Positions 46,928 to 57,947 of a stretch of 64,000 nucleotides of DNA are shown piece by piece. The DNA lies in contig JBCCGL010000007.1 of the NCBI GenBank assembly GCA_039029275.1, positions 213,428-277,427 on the forward strand, written 5' to 3'. Within the stretch, counting starts at the first letter, position 1. The number at the start of each line of letters is the position of its first letter. Both the position numbers and the translations under genes were made by a program. The notes beneath the pieces were generated by a model. The model saw nothing but the letters and a program-made list of their open reading frames with translations, was not told where the DNA came from and made no database searches. The DNA comes from Pseudomonadota bacterium (GTDB lineage Bacteria > Pseudomonadota > Gammaproteobacteria > JBCCGL01).

Positions 46928-48234
46928 TGGTTATAGGTTCGGTACACAACCTGTGTTGGACCGCCAGAGAGATAACGATCAACCCCGTCGCTGATCGCAC
47001 GTGAGTAAACCGCTAGTGCTCCATCTACTGCTTCAATGGTTTTGTCGACATCATCGTTCGAATGGGAATAGCTGATAATGAATGACGGCCCGATAATACC
47101 GCGCTTGATGATTTCCTGCATAAACAGGGCACGATAATACTGCGATGATTTTTTGTCTTGATCTTTAGTTACATAGACAAGGCATTGGGGTTCGCCAACG
47201 ATTTGCACATAGTCTTGGAGATCGTGGTTTGCAATTACTTCATCCAACCCAGATTTCAGCCTCATGCCTTGATTACTCAGGGTTTCAATGACGGGTTCAT
47301 TCTTGTATGTATCCATGGTTGCGATAGCGGCTGCTAGCGCGTGAGTTTCTGCACCGTGCGTGGTTGATAACAAAAACACACGTGGGTGATTGTGATACAG
47401 GCCACCTCGTTCCATGTATTGCGATTTTCCTAACAGTGCTGAAACGGCAAACCCATTGCCTAACGCTTTGCCAAATGTCGATAGGTCAGGTTCGATATCG
47501 TAAAGAGACTGGCAGCCACCGTTGTGCCAGCGAAAACCCGTTATCATTTCGTCCAGAACAAACAAGGCACCGTTCCTATGGCAAAGATCTTTAACTCTGT
47601 GTAAAAAGTTATCTTTCGGCGGTTCGTATTTAGTCGGCTCCAAAATCACACAGGCGATTTCATTGGGGTTCGCGTTAAAGAGTGCCTCAAGGCCGTTTAT
47701 ATCATTGAAGGAAAATGTTAGAGAAAGCGATTTTGTTTGCTCTGGAATACCGGCGTCCATGGCAGTTTTTCCGATAAACCAATCATTCGTGGCAAAGAAC
47801 GGATGGTCAATGCAAAACGCTACCTTGTCGCGACCGGTCACCGCACGCGCGAGCTTTACAGCTGCAGTTGTCGCTGACGAACCATCTTTGACAAACTTAA
47901 CCATTTCCGCTGCCGGTACCATTTCTAAAAGTGACTGAGCGCAATAGGTTTCAATTGGGGCGGGGCGACAAAAATTAGCCCCATTTAGCATTTCATTCTG
48001 CGCGGCCTCTACCACTGGTGGATACGCGTGCCCCAAAGTGACCGCGCGGCAGCCCATTCCGTACTCGATATATTCGTTGTCATCGAAGTCCCATACGTGA
48101 CTACCCGATCCGCGTTTCAAGAATGCCGGTGAATTTTCCGGAAATTGGTCGTCGCCCTTCGCATATGTGTGACATCCACCTGGGATAATTTCGTGGCAGA
48201 TTTTTTGTAGGGACTTTGATTCATCTGACTGCAT
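46924..48234 (-). CDS. Class-III (GSA-aminomutase-like) PLP aminotransferase
   Basis: 436 aa, LDEMITGFR PLP-lysine region. Confidence 0.85.
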   Translation of the reverse strand: MQSDESKSLQKICHEIIPGGCHTYAKGDDQFPENSPAFLKRGSGSHVWDFDDNEYIEYGMGCRAVTLGHAYPPVVEAAQNEMLNGANFCRPAPIETYCAQSLLEMVPAAEMVKFVKDGSSATTAAVKLARAVTGRDKVAFCIDHPFFATNDWFIGKTAMDAGIPEQTKSLSLTFSFNDINGLEALFNANPNEIACVILEPTKYEPPKDNFLHRVKDLCHRNGALFVLDEMITGFRWHNGGCQSLYDIEPDLSTFGKALGNGFAVSALLGKSQYMERGGLYHNHPRVFLLSTTHGAETHALAAAIATMDTYKNEPVIETLSNQGMRLKSGLDEVIANHDLQDYVQIVGEPQCLVYVTKDQDKKSSQYYRALFMQEIIKRGIIGPSFIISYSHSNDDVDKTIEAVDGALAVYSRAISDGVDRYLSGGPTQVVYRTYNQ

Positions 48235-48256
48235 GATTAACTCGCTTTCAAGTTTT

Positions 48257-49408
48257 CTATCTGGTCAATCCATGTGCGCTACGGTATGCACGTTCAAACA
48301 CCTCGATCTGACCGAGGCTGAAATCACGCATGTTATGAGCTGAATCAGTGAAATAGTGCTTGTACCAGTCGACTGTATGTTGCAGCGCCTCGTCAATACC
48401 CCACACTGGCCGCCAGTGTAATTGCCATAGAGCTTTGTCAATCGTGAGGCGCAAAATCGTCGATTCATGCGGTTGCTCCGGATCGCTGCAATCTTGCCAA
48501 CTGCCGTGCCCCCAAACAGACAGAAAGCGTTCAACAATGTCGCGAACAGGCAGCTCGTTACCGGGCACGGGGCCAAAATTCCAACCACTGCAGTACGTTG
48601 GATCGTCAGAGCTTAAAAGTCGATCAGCTAATGTGAGATAGCCACTCAGGCATGAAAGCACATGCTGCCACGGTCTGTATGCACCCGGATTTCGAATATG
48701 TGCGGGTTTGTTTTGCGATATCGCGGCGATCAAATCAACCAGTAAGGCATCTGCCGTCCAATCACCGCCTCCAATTACGTTGCCTGCACGCGCACTTGCT
48801 AGTTTTACACCGTGTTCACTAATTTTTTCTTCGGGAAAGAAAGAAGAGCGGTAGCTTTGAACAACTATCTCAGTGCTACCTTTGCTTGCCCCGTAAGGGT
48901 CAGGTGATCCAAAGGCGTCTGATTCACGATAGCCCCACACTTGTTCACGATTTTCATAACACTTGTCGCTGCTCACAACAATAACGCTGCAAGGTTTGTC
49001 GAGACCCCGAACACCATCCAGCAGACATGCAGTACCCACTGTGTTTATATCGAACGTTTCGCGCGGTGAACGATAACCCTCTAGCACGACAGTTTGCGCT
49101 GCCATGTGAATTATCAAATCTGGGGTCGCCTCGCGCATCGCTGCATGCATCTTCGACTCATCACGGATATCACCTTCTATATGGCGTGCAAGCGTCGATT
49201 CGATCTGTGAGATCGAGAAGTGATTTGGCGTTGTTGGAGGGGTCCATGAATAGCCGGTTACCTCCGCGCCAAGACGTTGCAACCACAAACACAACCACGG
49301 GCCTTTAAATCCGGTGTGTCCGGTAACGAAAACCCGCTTACCTTTTATTGATTGAAACAACTGGTTTGACAATGTGATAAACCAAAATAGACTGATTGAA
49401 CTAAGCAA
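48257..49408 (-). CDS. rfbG: CDP-glucose 4,6-dehydratase (true start probably about 20 codons inside the ORF)
   Basis: KGKRVFVTGHTGFKGPWLCLWL. Confidence 0.88.
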   Translation of the reverse strand: MLSSISLFWFITLSNQLFQSIKGKRVFVTGHTGFKGPWLCLWLQRLGAEVTGYSWTPPTTPNHFSISQIESTLARHIEGDIRDESKMHAAMREATPDLIIHMAAQTVVLEGYRSPRETFDINTVGTACLLDGVRGLDKPCSVIVVSSDKCYENREQVWGYRESDAFGSPDPYGASKGSTEIVVQSYRSSFFPEEKISEHGVKLASARAGNVIGGGDWTADALLVDLIAAISQNKPAHIRNPGAYRPWQHVLSCLSGYLTLADRLLSSDDPTYCSGWNFGPVPGNELPVRDIVERFLSVWGHGSWQDCSDPEQPHESTILRLTIDKALWQLHWRPVWGIDEALQHTVDWYKHYFTDSAHNMRDFSLGQIEVFERAYRSAHGLTR

Positions 49409-50351
49409 TCTTTGGCGACACTCGCGACACGATGTTGTTCAATCGAGTTTCCGCGATGAGCCACCACTTCTTGTATTGAAATAGGTAAACAATAAGCCAG
49501 AAAATACACTTAAGTTTCGTAGACGCGTCGTTCCCACTGTCCATTGCAACCGACAAGTAGCCGGAAAACTGCCGCAACAGGGGGGTATGTATAATTCGTT
49601 TCCGAATAGCGGAATTTTTTGACTCACGTGTAGCGCCTGAAATTGAACCGGAGTGAACACGCTGGCTGAACAGCATCTGTGGTAAATCCCAAAAGCGTCC
49701 ATGTACAGCCAACTCAGCCATCATTAACTTTTCTGACCCGTAGAACGATTGCATTAGTCCGGTTTTACCCAATGCTTCGGACTTGAAAACGCCGGAGCAG
49801 CGCACGCCCCACCCTGACGACAGCAACACATCGCCAAAACGTCGGGAAAAATAGTGTGACGACCCATCGCGTCTGTGCCGGATGTTGTCCTTCTCTTGAC
49901 CACCATCCGTGGGGTCAGGAAAGCCCTTAATCTCGTTACCGTACTCGTTAATCGTCATCGTGCGCGAGTGACAACAAACAACGCTCAAATCGTTCTCCAG
50001 AACCTCTACGCACCTTGCCACGAACTCCGGATCACATAGATCATCACAAGCGGCCCACTTAAAATACTTACCATTGGACAAGTGGAAAACACGCGAGAAA
50101 TTCCAGTTTGACCCTTTGTTTTGACTCTCCCTGACGTAACGTATTCTTTTGTCCTTCTCCGCGTATAATCGACAAATCTCAGCTGTTTGATCGGTCGATG
50201 CGTTATCCGAAATCACGATCTCGATGTTGTCGTAAGTCTGGGCGAGCAATGAGTCGAGCGACTCTGATAGAAACTCATCAGCGTTGTACACCGGTACCCC
50301 GATACTGACCAGCGGTTGTTGTGAATTGCTCTGATTCATTTCAGTCCGCAA
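49401..50351 (-). CDS. Glycosyltransferase family 2
   Basis: VSIGVPVYNADEFL...ISDNASTD. Confidence 0.85.
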   Translation of the reverse strand: MRTEMNQSNSQQPLVSIGVPVYNADEFLSESLDSLLAQTYDNIEIVISDNASTDQTAEICRLYAEKDKRIRYVRESQNKGSNWNFSRVFHLSNGKYFKWAACDDLCDPEFVARCVEVLENDLSVVCCHSRTMTINEYGNEIKGFPDPTDGGQEKDNIRHRRDGSSHYFSRRFGDVLLSSGWGVRCSGVFKSEALGKTGLMQSFYGSEKLMMAELAVHGRFWDLPQMLFSQRVHSGSISGATRESKNSAIRKRIIHTPLLRQFSGYLSVAMDSGNDASTKLKCIFWLIVYLFQYKKWWLIAETRLNNIVSRVSPKIA

Positions 50352-50354
50352 TCG

Positions 50355-51848
50355 CTAGTACGCGTTCTCACCAACGATGCCGCGAAATGCAGTCATCACC
50401 AGAATCTTGATATCCAAACCAATTGACCAGTTATCAATATAGTAAAGGTCATGATCGACGCGTTTGCGCATGTCGGCTTCTTCCCACACTGCTCCACGCA
50501 ATCCATTAACCTGAGCCCAGCCGGTGATGCCTGGGCGTACGCGATGGCGCGCAAAATATCGTGTGACAACAGGCGCAAATTCGTCACCCAATGGCACTGG
50601 GTGTGGGCGGGGACCAATCAGCGACATAGTGCCTTGCAAGACGTTCAATATTTGCGGTAACTCATCAATACTGGTGCTTCGCAGAAACGCGCCAATTCGT
50701 GTAATCCGAGGATCGTCACGCAACGTTTGATCTTCACCTGAGACAGGTGCGGCGCCTTCTTTCATTGTGCGAAATTTGTAAACGAAGAATTCCTTGTTAT
50801 TGAATCCGTGACGAGGCTGCCTAAACAATGCAGGTCCCGGGCTGTCCAATCGAATGAGAATCGCCACTATCAGTAAGATCGGTGATAATAAAATGATTAG
50901 AATAAAAGCAAGGATTTTATCCTCTGCCAGTTTTAGCGCGTATCGCCATCCGTCCAGGGGGTGGAATACGATATCTAATGTTTTTACGTTGCCGATTGCA
51001 CTGTTAGTCGGGGTGGAGTAAATGAAGTTTTCAAGATTACTGCCAAGGCGAATGTTAATCGGTAATTCCATCAACTTTTCTATGATTTCACCGATACGCT
51101 TATTGGCAGTCCAAGGTAAAGTAATGACAATGTCGTCGACTCGATTACGACGGCAAAACTCTATAACGTCGTCAACCTTTCCCCATTTTTTCGATTGAAG
51201 TCGCCTCTCGAATCCCTCTCGCTGTATTCTGTCGTCAAAGACCCCTATTACTCGGTTCCAAGGCTCAGATTCGTAATCCAGACCATCGAGAAAATGATCG
51301 GCCTCGGCGCCACCTCCAATCAGGACAATACGGCGAACGAAACGACCATGCCGCGCTAACCAGTGCAATAGAAAAAACCAGACGATTCGGTGAACGCCGA
51401 AGAGAACCAATGAGGATGCAAACCAACTGAGCAACCACAGGCGTGAAAACTGATCAGAGATTTTTAGAAAAAAGGCGACCGCAGTGAATAGTAGAAACAC
51501 AACGCCGACGGAAAGTACTTGTCTCCAAACAAATCCAACCGGGCGCGAAATCGCATTAAAGCTATCCAACTTCCATAAAAAATTGGAAACTACAATCCCT
51601 ATCGAGATCATAACGCAGGCAGAAAAATGCTGACTAAGCAAGGCGTTTTCTACCCCAAGGATGACTACGAAGGAAGCAGCACCGGTCAGAATCAGGATCA
51701 GGAAATCGACAGTGAACACGGCAGCGATGATCACGGCTTCAGAATACGGCACCACCTTTCGTCTCCGTCTGGGCTTTATCTCATTGTCCGACGGCGAAAC
51801 GCTAAAGTCCTGACTCATGTAATGACTACCAAAATTTGCGCTGACCAT
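50355..51848 (-). CDS. Undecaprenyl-phosphate hexose-1-phosphate transferase (WbaP/WcaJ-type initiating enzyme)
   Basis: 497 aa. N-terminal TM block plus CoA-binding-like domain, C-terminal sugar-transferase domain DELPQ...SLIGPRP. Confidence 0.88.
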   Translation of the reverse strand: MVSANFGSHYMSQDFSVSPSDNEIKPRRRRKVVPYSEAVIIAAVFTVDFLILILTGAASFVVILGVENALLSQHFSACVMISIGIVVSNFLWKLDSFNAISRPVGFVWRQVLSVGVVFLLFTAVAFFLKISDQFSRLWLLSWFASSLVLFGVHRIVWFFLLHWLARHGRFVRRIVLIGGGAEADHFLDGLDYESEPWNRVIGVFDDRIQREGFERRLQSKKWGKVDDVIEFCRRNRVDDIVITLPWTANKRIGEIIEKLMELPINIRLGSNLENFIYSTPTNSAIGNVKTLDIVFHPLDGWRYALKLAEDKILAFILIILLSPILLIVAILIRLDSPGPALFRQPRHGFNNKEFFVYKFRTMKEGAAPVSGEDQTLRDDPRITRIGAFLRSTSIDELPQILNVLQGTMSLIGPRPHPVPLGDEFAPVVTRYFARHRVRPGITGWAQVNGLRGAVWEEADMRKRVDHDLYYIDNWSIGLDIKILVMTAFRGIVGENAY

Positions 51849-51891
51849 TTGCGGAATTCAAACCCGGAACACATACATCCAAATTCCATGA

Positions 51892-52878
51892 TCATGTAAC
51901 CGCTGCCACGCGCGGTTTCAGTTGAATTGACCTAAAATAGTCTATGGTCTTCGCGAGCCCATGCTCTATCCCAATTTCCGGTTTCCATTTCAGTTCCTGC
52001 TTAGCAAGCGTAATGTCAGGGCAACGACGCACCGGGTCATCTTGTGGTAGTTCTTCAAAAACGAGTTCCGAATTCGACGCGCATAATTCGATCACAAGCT
52101 CAGCTAACTCCCGTATAGTTTTTTCCGAGGGATTGCCTAAATTAACAGGGCCAGTGAACTTAGAATCGGTTTGTGCAATTTTGATAAATCCCTCGATTAA
52201 GTCATCAACATAACAAAACGAACGGGTTTGATTGCCCTCACCGAACACCGTCAGTGGCTCATTATTGAGAGCCTGAATTATGAAATTTGAAACCACACGC
52301 CCATCGTCCGGATACAGACGTGGACCGTAAGTGTTAAATATTCGGGCGACTTTAATTTCAAGATGGTGTTGACGGTGATAATCGAAAAACAAGGTTTCTG
52401 CGCAGCGTTTGCCTTCGTCATAGCATGCACGGGGCCCCACAGGGTTCACGCTACCGAGATAGCTTTCGTGTTGTGGATGGACTTCAGGGTCTCCGTAAAC
52501 TTCACTGGTGGATGCTTGTATTATTTTGGCGCCGACGCGTTTAGCCAGCCCGAGCATATTGATCGCCCCGTGAACGTTTGTTTTTACCGTTTGCGCGGGG
52601 TCGCTTTGGTAATGTATTGGAGACGCCGGGCACGCAAAGTTAAATATTTCGTCTACTTCCACATAAAGCGGGAATGTAATGTCGTGCCTCAACAGCTCAA
52701 AGCGCGTGTCGTCGAGTAAGTGAACAACGTTGTCGCGTGAGCCGGTATAGTAGTTGTCGACACAAAGGACTTCGCAATCCTCTGCAAGCAAACGCTCGCA
52801 TAAATGTGAGCCAAGAAACCCTGCTCCCCCTGTCACAAGCACACGCTTGCGCCCCCAGTTTCTTCGTCTGCTTGTCAT
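51892..52878 (-). CDS. UDP-glucuronate decarboxylase (UDP-xylose synthase, short-chain dehydrogenase/reductase family)
   Basis: [20 protein letters not shown] catalytic motif. Confidence 0.88.
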   Translation of the reverse strand: MTSRRRNWGRKRVLVTGGAGFLGSHLCERLLAEDCEVLCVDNYYTGSRDNVVHLLDDTRFELLRHDITFPLYVEVDEIFNFACPASPIHYQSDPAQTVKTNVHGAINMLGLAKRVGAKIIQASTSEVYGDPEVHPQHESYLGSVNPVGPRACYDEGKRCAETLFFDYHRQHHLEIKVARIFNTYGPRLYPDDGRVVSNFIIQALNNEPLTVFGEGNQTRSFCYVDDLIEGFIKIAQTDSKFTGPVNLGNPSEKTIRELAELVIELCASNSELVFEELPQDDPVRRCPDITLAKQELKWKPEIGIEHGLAKTIDYFRSIQLKPRVAAVT

Positions 52879-53402
52879 CTTGTGTTGATCAAAATTTCCG
52901 TTCGATGGGTGATGTGTCGACCGCTTAATGAAAAAGTAAAGCGGTCGAAAGTGTAACCGCTGATCGGACGGGTTATTTTGAGGTGAAGCACAGAATCTGC
53001 TCCAAGGGCGCTGGGGTAATGAGAGGCAACGCGTTGAATACTATTGTTTTTGTGAACGCGATCACCATTGTGTGAGAACGCGTCGAATCAGAACAGATCT
53101 TTCAGGAAAACATGAGCGCAGCGGTTAACACAAACAGATAAAACTTATTGACTATCAGTTCACTATCAACGCGATGCGCATTCAGACATTCGCATCAACG
53201 AAAGGCAGGTTTCGCGATTCTCTTTGTATCGCAGCGCGGGGAAATCTGGATTGTCGTGGTTACGCCGAATTACGTATCGCGGGGCAAATCGCTGTCAATA
53301 TAAGCCCGAGTCTATTTGGATGGTTCAGCACGAGCCTTGACCCTCTGCAGCTCTTGTGTCTAAGCAATTGTGAGCGTTCAGAATTCAAGCTCTGAGGAGC
53401 GG

Positions 53403-54479
53403 CTATTGCATTGCTTCGAGGGTCCACTCTTTAATGGATTGAATCGTGTGCTCGCTGTTAACACCGAAGTTGGGATTTATCACCAATGGCCCCGGGCGGT
53501 ACCCTTTGCTCTTAAGTCCTTTTTGAACGGAGTTGACCAGCAAAATGTCTTCGGCCACCGTTGTATTGCGATCCAGTTCAGCGACTTGTTTCGTGGTCTC
53601 AGACGCTTCGTCGCTGGTTGAAAACCAGTCGCGATGAACTCGCACGTTTTCATGATCCACGGGTTCCCACAGGTATGTATTGAGTTCGTTTCCCGGGTAC
53701 ACCTGGAATGAAAACATCGGCCACAAGAACCAAGAGCTGTAATCGTTCGCATGGGGCACACTGGCATCAAATGCATAGGTCTGTTTGTCACCTTTTGATA
53801 CGGTTTGGTGACGCAAACAGTACCCCTGCGGACGAATGTCGTAACACTTCGCGTCGATCACACCGCTCGTAAATGCCTGATGCACAGGCGCACAGTGATA
53901 ACACTCGGAATAGTTTTCAATGCTGACTTTCCAATTGCATGCTTCTTCTGCACTTACCCGCAAAACCGGCTTCAGGTCAGGCAGGTTTGGGAGGTATTCA
54001 GCGAGCTGCTCGCGAACTTGTGGATAGAGTTCATCCATTGTTGGTGCGCTATCATCGAGATTCAAAAACAAAAAGCCGTGAAAATTTTCCAGACGAACTG
54101 GAGTGAGGCAGACTTTTCCTTTGTCAAAGCCTGGTACTTTATCGGCGTGTGGCGCTCGAATTAACTCGCCGCTCAGTTGATAAGCCCACGTGTGATACGG
54201 GCATACAATGACGCTCGTATTTCCCTGCCCTTCCAAAAGTTCGTGCGCCCGGTGTTGGCACACATTATAAAAAGCGCGCAGAGCGTTGTCTTTGCCGCGC
54301 GAGATAAACACACTTTGATCACCGATGCGCGTCGTAATGTAGTCTCCAGGATTTCGCAGGCTCGAGACATGTCCGGCATATTGCCAGGTACGGTAAAATA
54401 ATTTCTCCTTTTCTTGCTCGAAAATCGCCGGATCGGTGTAATAGTGGTTTGGGAGTGCCGTGACTAATTCTGCGCTCAT
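53403..54479 (-). CDS. Rieske [2Fe-2S] non-heme-iron oxygenase alpha subunit, CntA/GbcA (carnitine or betaine C-N cleaving) family
   Basis: CQHRAHEL...CPYHTW Rieske. ENYSECYHC mononuclear iron. NSVQKGLKSKGYRPG (cf. CntA ESVQRGLKSRGYRG). Confidence 0.85.
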   Translation of the reverse strand: MSAELVTALPNHYYTDPAIFEQEKEKLFYRTWQYAGHVSSLRNPGDYITTRIGDQSVFISRGKDNALRAFYNVCQHRAHELLEGQGNTSVIVCPYHTWAYQLSGELIRAPHADKVPGFDKGKVCLTPVRLENFHGFLFLNLDDSAPTMDELYPQVREQLAEYLPNLPDLKPVLRVSAEEACNWKVSIENYSECYHCAPVHQAFTSGVIDAKCYDIRPQGYCLRHQTVSKGDKQTYAFDASVPHANDYSSWFLWPMFSFQVYPGNELNTYLWEPVDHENVRVHRDWFSTSDEASETTKQVAELDRNTTVAEDILLVNSVQKGLKSKGYRPGPLVINPNFGVNSEHTIQSIKEWTLEAMQ

Positions 54480-54499
54480 TGGTCAATCTCTACAAACTG

Positions 54500-55384
54500 T
54501 TATGCCTTACCGTCGTCATAGACGCCTGTTTCAAAGCGAAGTTGGTGAAAGCCTTCGATGCTCGCGACAACTTCTGGTTCGGAGTCCGCGACGATAAACG
54601 CCGTGAGTGTTTCCAGCAATGCTAAAGTCGCCATGTGCGAAGGGAAAAACTGCGGAGTCTTGTTCGGTGCTATGAAGACGTAATCTGCCCCAGCGACAAT
54701 CGGAGCAGATAGGCTATCGGTAATCACCGCCGTCGTCGCGCCCTTTGATTGCGCGTATGCCGTCGCTTCAATTACATCCGTGCGATAAGGCGCAAACGTC
54801 ATCGATAGCAACAGATCGCTTTTACCCGTTTTGACCATATCGTCAATTGGCAGACTACCAATTCGCGGAACCTGCACCAGGTTGTCTAACGCCATTCGCG
54901 TCACGTACCAGAAGTTGTGCGCCATCGAGTAAACCGCTCCAACCCCGAGCACATATGTAAGTCGTGACGCGACGATTGCGTCAGCTAACTCTTTGAGTTT
55001 CGCCACATCGATTCCGGCGAACAGTTCTTCCGTATTCGAAATACTTGCGGCTGCCATCTCGGCCAACAGGTCGCTGTGACTGTGTCCTTTTTTTATTGAC
55101 TGTAACCAACGAGCGCGATCAGGAAAGCTCTCACCCGCCTCAAGTAGCGACTGGCGAAATGGCTCGCGCATCCCTTCGTAACTGTCAAATCCAACAGCAC
55201 GTGCAAGCCTGACCAAGGTGTTCGGATGAACGTTGGCGTCGTTGGCAACATGCCGCATGGAATTGATTCCGATCTCATTGCCGTTATCAAGCAGATACTG
55301 TGCCGCACGCTTGAGCTGTGGACTTAACTCAGGATACGAGTCAGCGACTTTTTCCAGAACGGATTGTGCGGTCAGGGCTGGCAT
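54500..55384 (-). CDS. RpiR/MurR-family regulator (HTH + SIS)
   Basis: 294 aa. Confidence 0.85.
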   Translation of the reverse strand: MPALTAQSVLEKVADSYPELSPQLKRAAQYLLDNGNEIGINSMRHVANDANVHPNTLVRLARAVGFDSYEGMREPFRQSLLEAGESFPDRARWLQSIKKGHSHSDLLAEMAAASISNTEELFAGIDVAKLKELADAIVASRLTYVLGVGAVYSMAHNFWYVTRMALDNLVQVPRIGSLPIDDMVKTGKSDLLLSMTFAPYRTDVIEATAYAQSKGATTAVITDSLSAPIVAGADYVFIAPNKTPQFFPSHMATLALLETLTAFIVADSEPEVVASIEGFHQLRFETGVYDDGKA

Positions 55385-55484
55385 ATCACTCCATTATGGT
55401 ACACACGTACTAATTTGTATTGACAATTATTCAAATGTATCAATACTACGCGACCAAGTCGAGTTTTTTTAGCGCAAAATTGAG

Positions 55485-57926
55485 TTGTTATTCCCTATGC
55501 AAAGTCACGCACGAGTCGTCATTATCGGTGGTGGAATTATGGGCACCAGCCTCTTGTACCATTTGGCCAAAGTAGGCTGGACAGATAGTGTGCTGATCGA
55601 AAAAGCGGAGCTCACCTCAGGCTCAACATGGCATGCAGCTGGTCAAGTCGGCCACTCAACATCGCACTGGGGACTTGCTTTGATGAGTAAGTACGCCAGC
55701 GAAACCTACTCAACAATCGAGACGGAGACTGAGCAATCCGTTAGCTGGCACGGCAGCGGTAGTTTGCGGCTGGCGTATAACAGCGACGAGGTGGACTGGC
55801 TCAAATACACGGTCGCGATTGGCAGGGGTGCCGGTAACGAGATGGAGATCATCAGTCCTGACGAGATTCGGAAGTTGCATCCGTTCTACAATCTCGATGG
55901 CGTCATCGCGGCGCTGCACACACCAAACGACGGACACGCCGACCCGGCGGGCGCCGCTTTCGCATTCGCCAAAGGTGCGCGCATGATGGGTGCCACGGTG
56001 ATTCGTCACAACCGCGTTACCAATACAGTGCAACTGCCCAACGGCGAGTGGAAAGTTGAAACCGAAAAAGGCGACATCACCTGCGAACTGGTGGTCAACG
56101 CTGGGGGCACCTACGCGCGACAGATGGCTGAATGGGTCGGGTATGACTTGCCCAGTACGAATATGACTCATCACTATTTCGTCACTGAAAACGTACCGGA
56201 ATTCGCTGACATCGATAAAGAACTGCCCGTTGTTCGTGATGACAGACTCGTTTCAGGTTACATCCGCATGGAGCAAAAGGCAGGCCTTATCGGTATTTAC
56301 GAAAAAGCCAATGCGAACACCGTGTGGGATGATGGGACGCCTTGGGAGTCGGAAAACGAACTATTTGATGCGGATTACGACCGCATCATGCCGTGGTTGG
56401 AAAACGCGATGGATCGTATGCCGATACTCGCCGACCTTGGCATCAAGCGCACCGTCCACGGGGCGATCACGCACCCTCCCGATGGAAATATGTTGCTTGG
56501 ACCTGCCCCCGGCCTGAAAAATTACTGGTGCTGCTGCGGATCCCAGGTCGGGATCGCATGGGGCCCTGGCGCAGGCAAGTACCTTGCGCAATGGATGGTT
56601 CACGGCGCAGCAGACATCAATATGCGCGAGTTCGATCCGCGTCGTTACGGAGACTTCGCTAACCGCGATTATCAAATCACGAAAGCCAAAGAAGACTACC
56701 TGTTGCGTCACGAAATCCCGTTTCCCGGGTTTAACCGAACCGCAGGCAGGCCGGTCAAAACAACCGCAATCTACAACCGCTTAATCGATCAAAACGCCAT
56801 TTTCGAAGAAGTCTTCGGTTGGGAGCGCCCGCGCTGGTTTGCCACGGGCGATACGCCTCGTGAAGATGTGCACAGCTTTCGACGCAGCATCGTGTTCGAT
56901 AAGGTAAAAGAAGAATGCCTTGCAGTTCAAAATCGCGTCGGGTTAATCGACCTGACCGCCTTCGCCAAGATTGAGATTTACGGAGCAGATGCGGAGCGTT
57001 TTCTGGATCGCCTGGTAGCCAATAAACTGCCACAAAAGAGCGGCGGGATTGTACTTAGTCACTTTTTAAATGAAAAAGGCACGATCGAATCGGAAACATC
57101 GATCTGCAAGCTTGGCGACAACCACTACTTTCTGGTTTTCGCAGGATTCTTTGAACTGCGCATCCACGACTGGCTCATTCAACACAAGCGCGAAGATGAA
57201 AACGCCACCATTGACGTGGTTTCAGAAAACTTTGGCGTGCTGTCACTCAATGGTCCACGCGCACGCGATGTCCTGGCCGCCGTTTGTGACGACCCGCTCG
57301 ACAACGCCAACTTTCCCTGGCTAACGGCGCGCAACATCATAATCGATGGCGTTACCGTGCGTGCGCTGCGTGTCTCCTATGTCGGAGAACTGGGATGGGA
57401 GCTGTACGTGCCCATTATCAATCTGATGATTGTTTATGATGCGCTTAAAGCGGCAGGAGAACCGCATGGCATGGTCAATTTCGGATCGTTCGCCCTGAAT
57501 GCAATGCGCATGGAAAAAGCATTCAAGGGCGCAGGCGAACTCACCTCGGAAGTTACCCTGCCCGAGGCCGATGTCATGCGTTTTGTTAAGGTGGACAAGG
57601 GCGAGTTTCATGGACGCGACAAAACTGTCGAAAGTATGGATAAGCCGCTCCCCTGGATTTGCGTGTACCTTGAAGTCGACGGTGGCGATATTGACTGCGT
57701 CGGGTCCGAAACGGTTTTTCATAATGGTGTTCGTACCGGGCAAGTTGCAACCGCGGGATATGGGCACCGCGTCGAGAAAAGCCTCGCCTTTGCGTTCGTA
57801 AAGCCAGAGCACTCGGCTCCAGGTACTGAACTGGAAGTCCTTTTACTCGACGGAAAAGTACCCGCGCGCGTGCTCGCTGAACCCGTGTATGACCCCAAGA
57901 GCGAACTGCCGCGAGTCGATGCCTGA
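55485..57926 (+). CDS. Dimethylglycine/sarcosine-dehydrogenase-like enzyme (FAD DAO domain + GcvT aminomethyltransferase domain)
   Basis: 813 aa, VVIIGGGIMGTS FAD motif. Confidence 0.9.
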   Translation: MLFPMQSHARVVIIGGGIMGTSLLYHLAKVGWTDSVLIEKAELTSGSTWHAAGQVGHSTSHWGLALMSKYASETYSTIETETEQSVSWHGSGSLRLAYNSDEVDWLKYTVAIGRGAGNEMEIISPDEIRKLHPFYNLDGVIAALHTPNDGHADPAGAAFAFAKGARMMGATVIRHNRVTNTVQLPNGEWKVETEKGDITCELVVNAGGTYARQMAEWVGYDLPSTNMTHHYFVTENVPEFADIDKELPVVRDDRLVSGYIRMEQKAGLIGIYEKANANTVWDDGTPWESENELFDADYDRIMPWLENAMDRMPILADLGIKRTVHGAITHPPDGNMLLGPAPGLKNYWCCCGSQVGIAWGPGAGKYLAQWMVHGAADINMREFDPRRYGDFANRDYQITKAKEDYLLRHEIPFPGFNRTAGRPVKTTAIYNRLIDQNAIFEEVFGWERPRWFATGDTPREDVHSFRRSIVFDKVKEECLAVQNRVGLIDLTAFAKIEIYGADAERFLDRLVANKLPQKSGGIVLSHFLNEKGTIESETSICKLGDNHYFLVFAGFFELRIHDWLIQHKREDENATIDVVSENFGVLSLNGPRARDVLAAVCDDPLDNANFPWLTARNIIIDGVTVRALRVSYVGELGWELYVPIINLMIVYDALKAAGEPHGMVNFGSFALNAMRMEKAFKGAGELTSEVTLPEADVMRFVKVDKGEFHGRDKTVESMDKPLPWICVYLEVDGGDIDCVGSETVFHNGVRTGQVATAGYGHRVEKSLAFAFVKPEHSAPGTELEVLLLDGKVPARVLAEPVYDPKSELPRVDA

Positions 57927-57947
57927 ATCACAAAGTGAGTTCACAAT

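Noticed and set aside
53174-53395. 73-aa ORF in the intergenic region upstream of the glycan locus
   Set aside because: No RBS, and Cys/Arg-rich low-complexity translation. It is probably a noncoding regulatory spacer
52879-53402. JUMPstart/ops (GGCGGTAG) element or promoter signal upstream of the glycan locus. Hairpin at 52918..52947
   Set aside because: No ops motif is present on the transcribed strand. The hairpin lacks a U-tract, so its function is unassigned
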